Shown here: piece by piece, positions 26,164 through 38,403 of the stretch | Layout: each line of letters opens with the position of its first letter | Position numbering within the stretch: position 1 is the first letter of the stretch | From: Octopus sinensis | Lineage: Eukaryota | Assembly (NCBI RefSeq): GCF_006345805.1 | Contig: NC_043001.1 | Location: 107,570,001 to 107,634,000, forward strand | Reading direction: 5' to 3' | DNA length: 64,000 bases | Translations under genes and position numbers: made by a program | The notes under the pieces: model-generated | The model's input: the letters and a program-made list of their open reading frames with translations, nothing else | Told to the model about the DNA's origin: nothing | Databases searched by the model: none

Positions 26164-28045
26164 TATATATATATATATATATACATATATATGTATATAT
26201 ATATATATATGTACAAATATATATATATATGTATGTATTGATTGATAGATAGATATATATCTTTGCACTTTTTCTCTTCTTTTAGTTTTTAACACGAAAC
26301 GCGTCATATATTTTCAATAGCAATGCAATAATAATAATAATAATAATAGTAGCAAGAAGAAAAACAACAACAACACCGGCAACAACAAATAAAAGCAAAT
26401 AACGGCAAACATATTTTATTTCACTCTACACTTTCATACGTACATCCATTCATCTTATTTTTTTCTTTCTAAATCATTTATGTACCGACAATTCGTTTTC
26501 AAGTTTTAGGTTCGGTGTTTTGTGTTTCAATCATAGATATTACTACATATTCAGATAGCTGTTTATGAAAATCTACGTAAAATAAAATCATTAATATATA
26601 CGATGCTATTCACAACATTTCGCTCGCTGGAAACAAAAGGTTTTTCAGAAATTATTATATATGAAATTCACTCGAGCATTAAATTTGATATGCGCTTACA
26701 CAAAAGACAATTGTTGACACATATATTGTCTACAATTAAAGACATTTGGAGACCAATACATGCACATACCTGATTCTCTTTCTTTCTCTGCTGCTCTCGC
26801 TGTCCCTTTATTTCCCACTTTCCCCTGTCTTCCTTCTTTTCTCTTCTTCTCTATACATAGATACATACGTGACTACACACACACACACACACACACACGC
26901 CTCTGTGTATGTGTGTGTGCGAGTGTGTGTGTGTGCGTGCGAGTGTGTGTGTGTGTGTGTTTTGGGTGTGTACTGTAAGCGAGCACTGTTTGATAACATA
27001 ATTTGCAGCTCGTCCTTAGTGCAAACTGCGTCTCCATCCCTTGCAGAGTCACCTCGCCATCGTCCATATTTATCTAGACATAAGCTTGCTGCTGGTTAGA
27101 TTATGAAAATATCCCGCTGCAGACATTAGTGAAGATAAGACTCAGTTTGAAAAACGATGCACCGTTCTACAGTGTCTACAGTGATCCTTATGTAAATCTT
27201 GCTTGTACTAAGAGTTTCAACTACGCATCTAAATAAATCGTGGGTCTGAGCGAAACGTTTAACAGCCATTGGGAATTCTATGGGACCGCTGCAGTTACAG
27301 CCCTGCAGTGGGGAATCATATTCTTAAGTACCGATATCATCCCGTTAGTGGGGAAATTGGTTTCTTAATACAACACTGGGTAGCAGATCCTACTCCATTC
27401 AAGGCGATGTCGTTTCCTGTACAACTTACCAAGGAAGGCTTAAAGTGTCCTTTCACCATTTCATAATAGGAATGAGACACGGTTATTTAGCGCTGGGACG
27501 ACGTTCGCTTCTTCTGCCTCCCTTGAGTGGCACCTGGCAGTATCATAATATCTAACTTTATCTACCTATTCGTCTGTTTGTCTGCCTATCTGCCTGTCAC
27601 TCACTCTCTCTCTTTTTCTTTCTCTCTCTCTCTCCCCCTCTCTCTCTCCCCTTCTCTCTCTCTCTCTCTCGATATATATATATATGATAATTTTCCTATT
27701 TATTCACATATTGTAATTCCAATTTATTCATTATTGTAATTCCAATTAGGTTATGGCCATGAAATGTGCGTAGTGGTTTTACTGATTATCTTATATTAAA
27801 CTTTTTAATACTTTTTGATAGTTATATATATTTTTTTTAAAATTAATAAATATAAATTAATAATTTTAAATTTAAATAATTTAAATTTTAAATTTTATAT
27901 GTTATATATTTTGTAAATTATATAATTATTTTTATTTTTATGTTTTGGTTTATGTTTTTCACTGTTTGATTTGCCTAATAGTGGTTTTATCTCTAATTTA
28001 ATTTATATATACATATATATATATATATATATAATATATATATAT

Positions 28046-28077
<32 letters not shown>

Positions 28078-29261
28078 ATATATATATAATATATATATAT
28101 ACCGTGCATAAATTTATTCCTAGACGAATGCAAATGCAGATAGCTTCAAGAAGCTGGAGCTAAACTTTTAAGTTGACTGCCTAATTAAATTTTTACTTAT
28201 GAACTATATTTCAAATAAGGATTTAAATAGACAGATAGGTTCACATACACACGCACACATCGACACACACAAATTCACGCGCTCACACAAAGACAAACAC
28301 ATATGTACCCATGCATGCACGCGCATACACACAAGCAGACATACGCATACACATATTTATCTATTTACTTAGTGAGGCTACATGTTAGTTTAGCAGATGT
28401 ACGCTAATACTATTTGTAAATATATGTATTCTCAAGGACGTGGCTGCAAAATGCGGAAGATCTGGCTTATAATTAATTGATTATATATCTTCACTTAACA
28501 ATACGTCTCAAACTGAATCAAGGAACAAACCTCTACGTAGATACTCTATTTGCTAAACTACCCTATTGAACAGGCGAGAAGCACAAAGAAGTCGTATATA
28601 CTCCAGACCATAGAAAATGTGATGCAATCATAGCTAGATAGCCTTTTATCATAGTCTTCGATAACTTCAAGATACACGCAGAAAACTACAGTGGCCCATC
28701 TGTTGCCAATTTCCATTCTATCGTTAAATCTTCAACAAATATTTTCGTGCCAGACGCCTGTGACAGTCTGGGTTAAAAGAGAAAAAATATGATGGTCATT
28801 TATCACTAATGTTAACGTACTATAATTTACCAATTGCTTGCAGATCATTATTCTATATCTATTATAGAATATTATCCTCTATGAGTTTTTTTTCCAACAA
28901 TTTTTGCACGTTATATTATGGTGATCTCTAAGAAATATTTCCACCGACAGCGAGAATGTAATTTAAGAGTCTATGACAGCGTGGATGTACACGTCCAAAT
29001 ATTCTAAATTCTTGTAATCCATTAATGTCATTTATCACATAATCTTTACAGTATTGAATATGATGGAGAGAAAATGTTATTTGATTATCTCTTACACTTG
29101 TTGATAGTAAATTTGTTGCTGGCAATTTCTAAATCTATTCATAACCGACAAAATATTTGTTTGATATATATGATAGTCAGATATATACTGGAACATCAAC
29201 ATATCACAATCTTGATACATCTCGAAGAATAAATCGTGCTTTAAGATTAATGATGAGTTAT

Positions 29262-29530
29262 GCGCGTGATTTGGTGGTAAGGGATTTTAGACTCGCAGTC
29301 CTAAGGTTGAGAGTTCGATTCGTGACTGCACATCTTGTCCTTGGGCAAGATATTTTATTTCACGTTGCTTTAGTCCAGCTGGCAAAAATGAACTGTTACA
29401 TTCTGTGTCACCCCCTAAAGCTCCTTGAGAATTATATTAAGGGTGCGCTTGGTTTCGGAATAATTAGTTCCTTCCCCGTTAATCTCACGAACAGGCTCTT
29501 CCGGAACCTTTGTCGTCGTAAGCTACGGAC
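29262..29530 (+). mobile_element. Degenerate family C-related SINE with an alternative middle body
   Basis: tRNA-like head with GACTCGCAGTC..GAGTTCGATTC, then GTCCTTGGGCAAGA; 3' part GTTAATCTCACGAACAGGCT..GGAACCTTTGTCGTCGTAA matches the tail of 1371-1759. Confidence 0.7.
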
Positions 29531-30811
29531 TAACCGTTTTTGCCATATGTGAATCGATTTAAATCTAACATACAAATAATACACAGCCTAATCGCATCTA
29601 GTTTTCCGTTGCTTGTTGTGTAATATGTAATATTTTGTTTATGTGATACAGATTAAGATACAGTGTAACTTATTTTCTATAGATTCCGTTTGTATTTTTA
29701 TAATTTTCTGTGTGATAGTAGCGTCTCTGCTAATATTTTCACCTGAAATCGCTGCTTGTTGTAATTAATGTAATTGAGTCATGTTTCACTGTAAAAATGC
29801 GAGACCTTATTCTGATGGGTATTACGCTCATCAGTGAGAAAATACTGGATGGCTTAAAAAGAAAACTCACGAAAGAAACAAGTTAAACCGATGTGTCGGA
29901 AAGGAGTCTCTGAGCCTCCCAATTTTCGCATGCAATTATTATCATAGTTTTTCCTGCGCTGTTAAACAAAGGACAAGACTACTGACTGCTGCTACCGTCA
30001 TTAGCCATCATTAGCCGAAGATAAATTATGATAACCCTGAGTTATTCACTACGTCACATTAAGAAATGGCTGTTAAGTGATGAGGCTTATTATAATTGTA
30101 AGGCAATTGTTAAAATGAGTCTAAGTAATAAATATATTGCTATTTTAGATAAGGATAAAAATGCTCAGAGTTAATATCTGATTACAAAACATTTAGAGAG
30201 TAAATAGATCAATACGTGTGCTTACTGTAACTTTACGACTAACCCTACAGGAATACACAGTGATGCCGCCATATTTTATTCAGCTGCATTATTGCAAGAA
30301 GACAGTTGCTGTCAACGTCCGCTATATTGGCAAAATCATAATATTTCCTGTCAAATTACTTGGCAAACTTAATTTCCTTTATAAAAGCAATAATTGATTA
30401 TATAGCTATAGCATATCATCTTACTCCATTTTCTTCGTGTGTTTCTTGACTGTGTAAGAAAAACAACGCCATTTTTTTACCAATCAAATCTGCGTCAGTG
30501 ACTAGTAAATGTAACACCAACTTTAATTGAAACTATATTTCTATACGTGCACTAGATGTCATGAATACATGCTTAAAACAATTTATTTCACACTGAAATT
30601 AGTATTTCAAGTGACATTTATTTGAGATTCTGGAACGATTATCCGGCTTGTGTATTTCGTCAAATACCAAATTTTTTCAAAAACATAAACCATTAGAAAC
30701 AAGCGGACAACAAACTGTTCAACCGTAAAGTAGATTACAACTTCGTAATAACAATGATTTCTGGGAATATAATCTCAGTTAACTGTTACTAAGGGGACTG
30801 CATATATATAT

Positions 30812-31134
30812 ATATAATCAAAATGAGCAACAAGTATATCCAAGGTAGAGTAGTACAAATGTTTCATGTTACTTCATTTTATTAAACACTGTATGTATGA
30901 CATCAGTTTTAAAATGTTGAGCAATCTTCAGCCACTTATAGAATTTTCCAATTAAACGGACAATGCACATTCTTATCCTTATTTCATTTGCCAACATTAT
31001 AAAGAGGTTGGATATACCTGTTGGATATACTTGTTGCTTATTTTGATTATAATCACCCCATTTGATTTATATGGATAATACCATACAAAATTCTAACTTA
31101 AGTACCATATTCATCTGAATCTAAATTTTGCTTA
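30812..31134 (-). mobile_element. (TA)n-embedded putative Penelope-like element end with an inverted terminal duplication
   Basis: ~31-bp inverted repeat 30813-30843 / 31021-31051; flanked by (TA)n; carries a hammerhead motif; homologous to 35280-35450. Confidence 0.6.
30849..30936 (-). ncRNA. Minimal type I hammerhead ribozyme motif
   Basis: AGTGG-CTGAAGA-(stem II with long loop)-GAAAC-ATTT-GTA-CTACT; stem I AGTGG/CTACT; stem II imperfect. Confidence 0.65.
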
Positions 31135-31628
31135 TATATATATATATATATATGTATAAAGCAGAAAGAAAGAACTGAGAAAAATAAAACAAGCTTCAAT
31201 ACAATCTGATTTATTTATAATTTAAAAGTGGGGAGTCTGGATTCTTGACTTACAGAGGTTTGGGTATGACGTAAAACTGCACTTCATTCGCTGAGTTCGA
31301 ATCTTACAAGTGATAAATTATTGTTTTGTAATTCAGCATCTGATAAAGGAAATGCTGGTCAGCTACAGTAGTCATTAAATATGACGATTCACTCTCGCTA
31401 AAATATGTGTGGCTTTCTATCAATGGCGGGATTTTGAGCGATGTGACAATAAACTTTACCAACATCATTACTGTCGTGCTGTACAATTTCTTTTCCATAG
31501 ATTTATCTATATCCATCACGACCTCAAGTTTCTATTTATGTATCAGTCTATCAAACTATCAATCAATCAATCAACCAATTAGTCGATCAATCAATCTATC
31601 TATCTATCTGTCTGTCTGTCGGCCTGTG

Positions 31629-31702
<74 letters not shown>

Positions 31703-31791
31703 GCTAGCTAGCTAGCTAGCTAGCTATCTAACTATCTATCTATCTGACTGTCTATTTGTATATATACACACACACACACACGAATGCGCAC

Positions 31792-31857
<66 letters not shown>

Positions 31858-31869
31858 CACAGGACTGTC

Positions 31870-32020
31870 TCCTTTCAGTTTGCGTCTACTAACCGATTAA
31901 CAAAGTTCAGATCCTCCCGGAGATATACAGAAGACACTTGCCCAAGGAGCCACGCAATGGTTCTGAACCCGTATCCTGTGGTCGGAAAGCAAACGTCCTG
32001 CCACCCATCCACACCCACGC
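31870..32020 (-). mobile_element. Degenerate family B SINE, 5' half
   Basis: CTTTCAGTTTGCGTCTAC..AGAAGACACTTGCCCAAGG. Confidence 0.7.
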
Positions 32021-32349
32021 TTGCTTATATACATGCAACTACATATATACGCCAAGGAAAACACAGTTTACCAAAGCTGTATTCTAGAGTTTTGTACCAG
32101 CGCGCATACACAAACCCAAGCATACACTCATACTCAAACATACGCGCCCGCGCTTTTATTTCCGCGGTAGAACAGAATTGTTGTTTCTCTATAATACATA
32201 GATCTTGTCATGAAAACCATAAGACGTCGTTAGTGAACTTGATAGCTGCAGCAAAAAAAAAAAGAAAAAACTATTTATCAATTAGCTTAATTTAGTTGCG
32301 AGGTTCGTTCTACAGTGCACAGGCGTGGCAATTATAAGTGTACACACGT

Positions 32350-32868
32350 TATGCATACATATATACATACGTACATACATACATACATACATACATACAT
32401 ACATACATACAAACATACATACATACATACGTACATACATACGTACATACATACATACATACACACATACAAACATACATACATACATACATACATACAT
32501 ACATACATACATACATACATACACACATACAAACATACATACATACATACATAATACATACATACATACATACATACATAATACATACATACATACATAC
32601 AAACATACGTACATACATACATACATACATACACACATACACACATACAAACATACATACATAATACATACATACATACATACATACATAATACATACAT
32701 ACATACATACATGCATACATACATACATACATAATACATACATATGTACATAGATACATACATACATACATACATAAATACATACATACATACATACATA
32801 CATACATACATACATACATACATGCATACATACATACATACAAACATACATGCATACACACATGCATA
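32350..32868. repeat. (TACA)n microsatellite, ~520 bp
   Basis: Direct reading. Confidence 0.95.
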
Positions 32869-34358
32869 AAATTTTAGAAAAAAATTTTAGAGATGTGGAA
32901 ATTTTACCGGTGTGTGTGTGTTAATTTATAAGGCACTAAAAGAGAATGACTCTCCCCAGACACAACAGAATATGCTTCAACACACGAACTCATATAAAGA
33001 ATCTTGCAAACCAAATCCCAAAACGAAATACACACACACACAGACATATATATATATATAATAAATGAGTGTGCAATGAATTACCACCGGATGGGTACTC
33101 GGAAAGATTCAAAGCTATTGTAATCCAACTTCCTTATCAGAGTACCAATAATTCCACGGAACAATAGTTGTTATCCAGAAAATCTGTAAAGCTGAAGCGT
33201 GAAATATAATGACAGAAAGTACACAAAAGCATAGTATTGCCATCGTATTTTTATAATATTTTCACAAGATATTATATTAACATAACCTACTTAGAAAACC
33301 GTGGTAATCGAATCATGTTCGCATGTGCACTGCTTGCTAAGGATAGCAAATAACATTGGATTAAATTACTATTTGCTTCCTAAGATCTGGTGTTTCAAAT
33401 AATTATGCAATCGTCTACGTAATAGTTACTGTACCCTAGTGATTTCCGACGGTTTAATTAGTGATTAATTAATTCTCTTGTTTTATTGCTCTCATTATAC
33501 TCTCTGTAAATCATTAAAACGTATATAATACCAAAAGAAAATTGGAGGACAAGTCAAGTGTACTTCTTGCTTGGGAGATGAATAGACATGGATGTATACC
33601 GAATTCTAAGCAATGGTTAACTGTTATCCTATATTATTCGAAATAGCAACTTTTTAACATATATATATATGTATAGATGTGTGTATGTATATGTATGAGT
33701 GTGTTTGTGTGCGTGTATGCGTAGTTGTTTGTGTTTGTGTGTATGTGTGTGCGTGTATGTGCATGTGTATGGTTCAAACATATACAAAGTATATACAAAA
33801 ATGGAGAAAGGTGAAAGAAAAACAGAGTGTGTTTGACGGTAAAAAAAAATGAAACAACTTCAACCTCTTGAATCTACGTTAATCTACAGAAAAAAATGTT
33901 GAGAGAAAGCAGATGAGGAGATAAAAATGGAGCGCAAAAAAGACGTGTGTGAATTAGCGATGCTAAGAATAATATCTTCTTCACCATTAATATTATTTAC
34001 CAGCATCACCATAAACAGCAAGAGTAAGAACAACAAACATTACAACAACGGTGACCCATCACGTAATCCTCTGCGAGCCATGTTTGTATCATGTGATACA
34101 CTGTTTTGAAAATTAAGAAATTTTTATGTATGTGTGTTTGGTTTGCAGGATTTCAGATGTGAAGGAGAAGAGGAAAGTCAATGAGAAGGGCGCGAATAAC
34201 GACAAAAAGACTTTGACGAACAAACAGTCGATTGACTGTTTAACCAAAACATGAAACAAATAGTCCATTAGTTAGTTGGTTAAATATTCAATAAATTAAC
34301 TAACAATAAAGAAGTGATATTGAAACACGGCGTGTGTAATTATTAATGGCGTAATGAA

Positions 34359-34820
34359 GGCGGTGATCTGGCAGAATCGTTAGCACGCCGGGTGAAATGT
34401 TTAGAGGTATTTCGTCCGTGTCTACGTTCTGAGTTCAAATTCCGACGAGGTTGACTTTGCCGTTCATCCTTTCGAGGTCGATTAAATAAGTACCAATTAA
34501 GCACTAGAGTCGATGTAATCGACTCAATCCCTTTGTCTGTCCTTGTTTATCCCGTCTATGTTTAGCACTCTGTGGGCAATAAAGAAATAAATAATGTAAC
34601 ACTAGAAAGGCGGCCATCTGGCAGAAACGTTAGCACACCGGGCGAAATGCTTAGAGGTATTTCGTCCGTGTCTACGTTCTGAGATGAATTTCCGCCTAGA
34701 TCGACTTTGCTGTTCATCCTTTCGGAATCGATTAAATAAGTACTAGTTACGCACTGTGGTCGATGTAATCGACTTAAACCCTTTTTCCAAGTTGCTCTTG
34801 TGGATGAAATTTGAAATGAT
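34359..34820 (+). mobile_element. Two adjacent family A SINEs (first with A2 tail, second with degenerate A1-like tail)
   Basis: Heads at 34359 and 34609; both share the variant AGAGGTATTTCGTCCGTGTCTACG. Confidence 0.88.
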
Positions 34821-35326
34821 TATTAAAGGCGTAATGGCCGTCCCCAGACACAATTTTCAATAAATTACTTCCAGATACTGCCTGAAAAAATATGAGATGG
34901 TCACTGCTTTCGGATATCTGAAAGATGCTGATTTGAATATGTTTGACCTGGGACGCCAAAATAGCAGCGCCAATAACGCCAAGACCATTCAGATATCAAG
35001 GGGTTGCAATGAATAACTCACAATAGATACTACAAAACTATACAGACAGCGGCTTAACCGTATGGTAAGAATTTACAGGATTGATTCAAATCTTGGTCAA
35101 CGTTAGTTAGATTTTTCTATTATTGTATGGCAGGAACTCATGTAATGTGGATGAAACATGACCGTTGAAAACTGTATAGGAGCCCAATGTATATTTTCTT
35201 GGAAAATTCAGTAACTTCTAAATTGGAGTGTTCTTTGTCTATCTCCTTAACTTCTTGGCGATTTTAGGAATAATTATACTAATGTGTCCATCTGTTCTAA
35301 TTTAATTAAATTCTATTAAATTCTGT

Positions 35327-35415
35327 GTGCAGCTGAAGATTGCACTGTATATTAATTTGGTGTAATGATGGCATTGCTCAATTAAATGGAGTTGCATGAA
35401 ACAATCGTACTGCAT
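35327..35415 (+). ncRNA. Minimal type I hammerhead ribozyme motif in a putative Penelope-like terminal repeat
   Basis: GTGCAG-CTGAAGA(35333-39)-TTGCAC..GTTGCAT-GAAAC(35398-402)-AATC-GTA-CTGCAT; 6-bp stem I, 1-bp stem III with tetraloop; followed by a family terminus and (TA)n. Confidence 0.72.
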
Positions 35416-35479
35416 TACCTCTGGATATCCTTGTTGCTTATTTTGATTATATATATATATTCATGTGTGTGTGTATAAA

Positions 35480-35589
<110 letters not shown>

Positions 35590-35596
35590 ATATACG

Positions 35597-35635
<39 letters not shown>

Positions 35636-35720
35636 TCATGTGTGTGTGTATAAATATATATATATATATATATATATAAGCAGAGAGAGTTAATAGATCG
35701 GTGGATAGATAGATAGATAT

Positions 35721-36992
35721 GTTTCTTTATTAGCCACACAGGGCTGCACACAGACAGGGCAAATTACAAGGTAGAGCTTTTCTTTTGGGGGTAAAAAAAA
35801 AGTGGGCTTGGTTTTCGATCAAAAGGGATCGTAAAAGGAAAGAAAGAGGACAAAAAAGGGGGGGATAAAAAGGGGGGGATAAAAAAAGGGGGTTGATCAA
35901 TAGGGATCGTTATCACAGAAATGTCAATATGAAGTGTAAAGGGGAGGACAGGTGAGGTTTACCCGTGGAAAGAAAAGCCTACGGAAAAGACCACGGTAAC
36001 CTCGGTCAATGAAGTCACGTTATATTTCTTTTTTTTTTTGCAAATAAACAACTCTCTGTATTAATTTTTACGGTTCATAGAATCATAGTCAAGATGACTT
36101 CGTCATTCATACGTGCCATCCTTGCTACATTCACCCATCTTTTTTTAAAACATTCACTAGACAAAACTTGCCTCTCTACTCTCACTTTCCTTTTCAAGTG
36201 GAGAGATTGACCAGAAAGGAAAGTGTTTGTCTCTAATCCTTTCAGGCGCGTCCACCAGATACATTCTTTCGCCATAGCCACAAGTATGATAAAAATAGCT
36301 CTTCCTTCCCGTTTGAAGGAAGGAGGCGTGACTATATTAACGATAGACTCGGCTGATAAACCGACACGTCCCACACGTGACAGCAGTCGTTCGACATAAG
36401 CCCACAGGTCGGAGATTGTTGGACACTGCACGATTGCGTGCAGAGCGGTTTCATCGCTCTGCCCGCATCTCGGACAGGTCGGCCCCGTGTTTCTCGAGCC
36501 ATGCCTATAGAGCTTATCCCGAACGGGTAGCGCTTCTCGGTAGCACCGCCAGGCCAGGGATCTCTGGAAGTTGTCCATAGGTCCCGGGCCGAAAGTCGTT
36601 TGAAACAGGCGGGTCAGGTATTCGTCGTCGACGCCCAGGTTTGCCCCAAGATCGTCGTCGTACCTCCCCTCCACTAATCCCCTATAGAATGCTTTGGTTG
36701 TGTTGAAGTCACTCAAGGTCGACCCGGGACGGCAGAGTTGCTTGAGAGCAACGCGACACTCGCGGTGCCATTCGCCCTCCCTCGGCCTCTTTTTGATCCA
36801 CGACTGCAGTTCGGTCATGGAGACGAGCTGCGGGAAAGCGTGCCTCACAAACGGCGACCACACCTGTTCACCGTCGTCTACGAAGAGCCTGAGATGTCGC
36901 AGTCTCAGCGCGTGTCTGCGCATCATCAACCATGGCATGCCCAGTCCTCCTTTTAACGGGTATTGACAGCAAATGGATCGCCTGACCATCGG
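35721..36992 (-). mobile_element. 5'-truncated Tx1-clade LINE inserted in a (GATA)n microsatellite
   Basis: ORF 36075-36989 with GGLG motif and C-terminal CCHC zinc knuckle; 3' UTR ending AATAAAGAAAC; GATA repeats on both sides. Confidence 0.88.
36075..36989 (-). CDS. C-terminal ~300 aa of Tx1/L1-type ORF2 (post-RT region and zinc knuckle), 5'-truncated
   Basis: [41 protein letters not shown]; no internal stops. Confidence 0.85.
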   Translation of the reverse strand: MVRRSICCQYPLKGGLGMPWLMMRRHALRLRHLRLFVDDGEQVWSPFVRHAFPQLVSMTELQSWIKKRPREGEWHRECRVALKQLCRPGSTLSDFNTTKAFYRGLVEGRYDDDLGANLGVDDEYLTRLFQTTFGPGPMDNFQRSLAWRCYREALPVRDKLYRHGSRNTGPTCPRCGQSDETALHAIVQCPTISDLWAYVERLLSRVGRVGLSAESIVNIVTPPSFKREGRAIFIILVAMAKECIWWTRLKGLETNTFLSGQSLHLKRKVRVERQVLSSECFKKRWVNVARMARMNDEVILTMIL

Positions 36993-37067
<75 letters not shown>

Positions 37068-37068
37068 G

Positions 37069-37131
<63 letters not shown>

Positions 37132-37641
37132 GTATAACTCTATGTATGCACATACCTTCATTTGTTGTTGAATCAGTAATATATTTAGGACGAGATAACA
37201 GGGAGGCAGAAACGAAAATCATTATTAATTTGTTTTTGTATCTTATAAATAAAAATTCAAATAAAAATTTGCTATTTTGATCGGTACCATTCTTTCACTG
37301 GTTGCAGAAAATAAACCAAGCTGCGCCCATACTGGAGCACACTTCAGTCGTTATTTGTTATTTCATTTTATTATACTTTTGCTTTAAACATGATTTCATT
37401 AGTTGTTTCGACACTTATTTCCGTCTGGTACTTATTTTAAGGATTTCAATATATTGAATGGCTACCTTTGACATAAAAAGGTTATTTATCATCGACAGAT
37501 ACGGACACACCCTCTCCACTTACCTTTTCTCTCTCTGCCTGTTTCTCTGTCTCTGTTTCTCTGTTTCTCTCATACACACACACAGACACACACAGACACA
37601 CACAGACAGACACACAGACACACACACACACACACACACAG

Positions 37642-37683
<42 letters not shown>

Positions 37684-37702
37684 GCATATATATATACATA
37701 CA

Positions 37703-37756
<54 letters not shown>

Positions 37757-37770
37757 GATGGCTTGGTAAC

Positions 37771-37811
<41 letters not shown>

Positions 37812-38361
37812 TGATCACTTAAGTAACAACACAAAAGTAAATAAAATGTTTCCACGAAACTACACGATAAATTTGAACTCTAGAGGCCAATGAAATAATA
37901 ATTTTATCAGCATCGTAAACATCAATAATAATTATTAAAATACGACAATAAAAATAATACTAAAAAAAACAAATGACAACTAAACTGTTTCTTTTTCCTT
38001 TTTAATTAATATTTATGGTTGTAAAAAATTATGGCTAAAACCAGTTTAAACATTAAACCTAAGCAACGGTAGATATGTCTATATATATAAACCGCTATCC
38101 CATGTAGTAATGCAATTCCGGAAGTATGTGTGCGTATAGAAAAAACTTCATTTTAATAATATTGATTTTTTAAAAACGGAAATATAGTTCTGAAATCATG
38201 GAGTAGGAAAAAATACCAGAAAACTAAACACACAGAACGTACACAATGTAATGTGTATATCTACAAAACCTGACTACACTCAGACATGTAAATGTGTGTG
38301 TGTGCGTGCTTGCGTGCGTACACATATTTGTATATGTATGTGCATGCAGATATATATATAT

Positions 38362-38400
<39 letters not shown>

Positions 38401-38403
<3 letters not shown>

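Noticed and set aside
26290-26306. GAAACGCGTC, resembling a hammerhead stem III
   Set aside because: No stem II or CUGAnGA upstream
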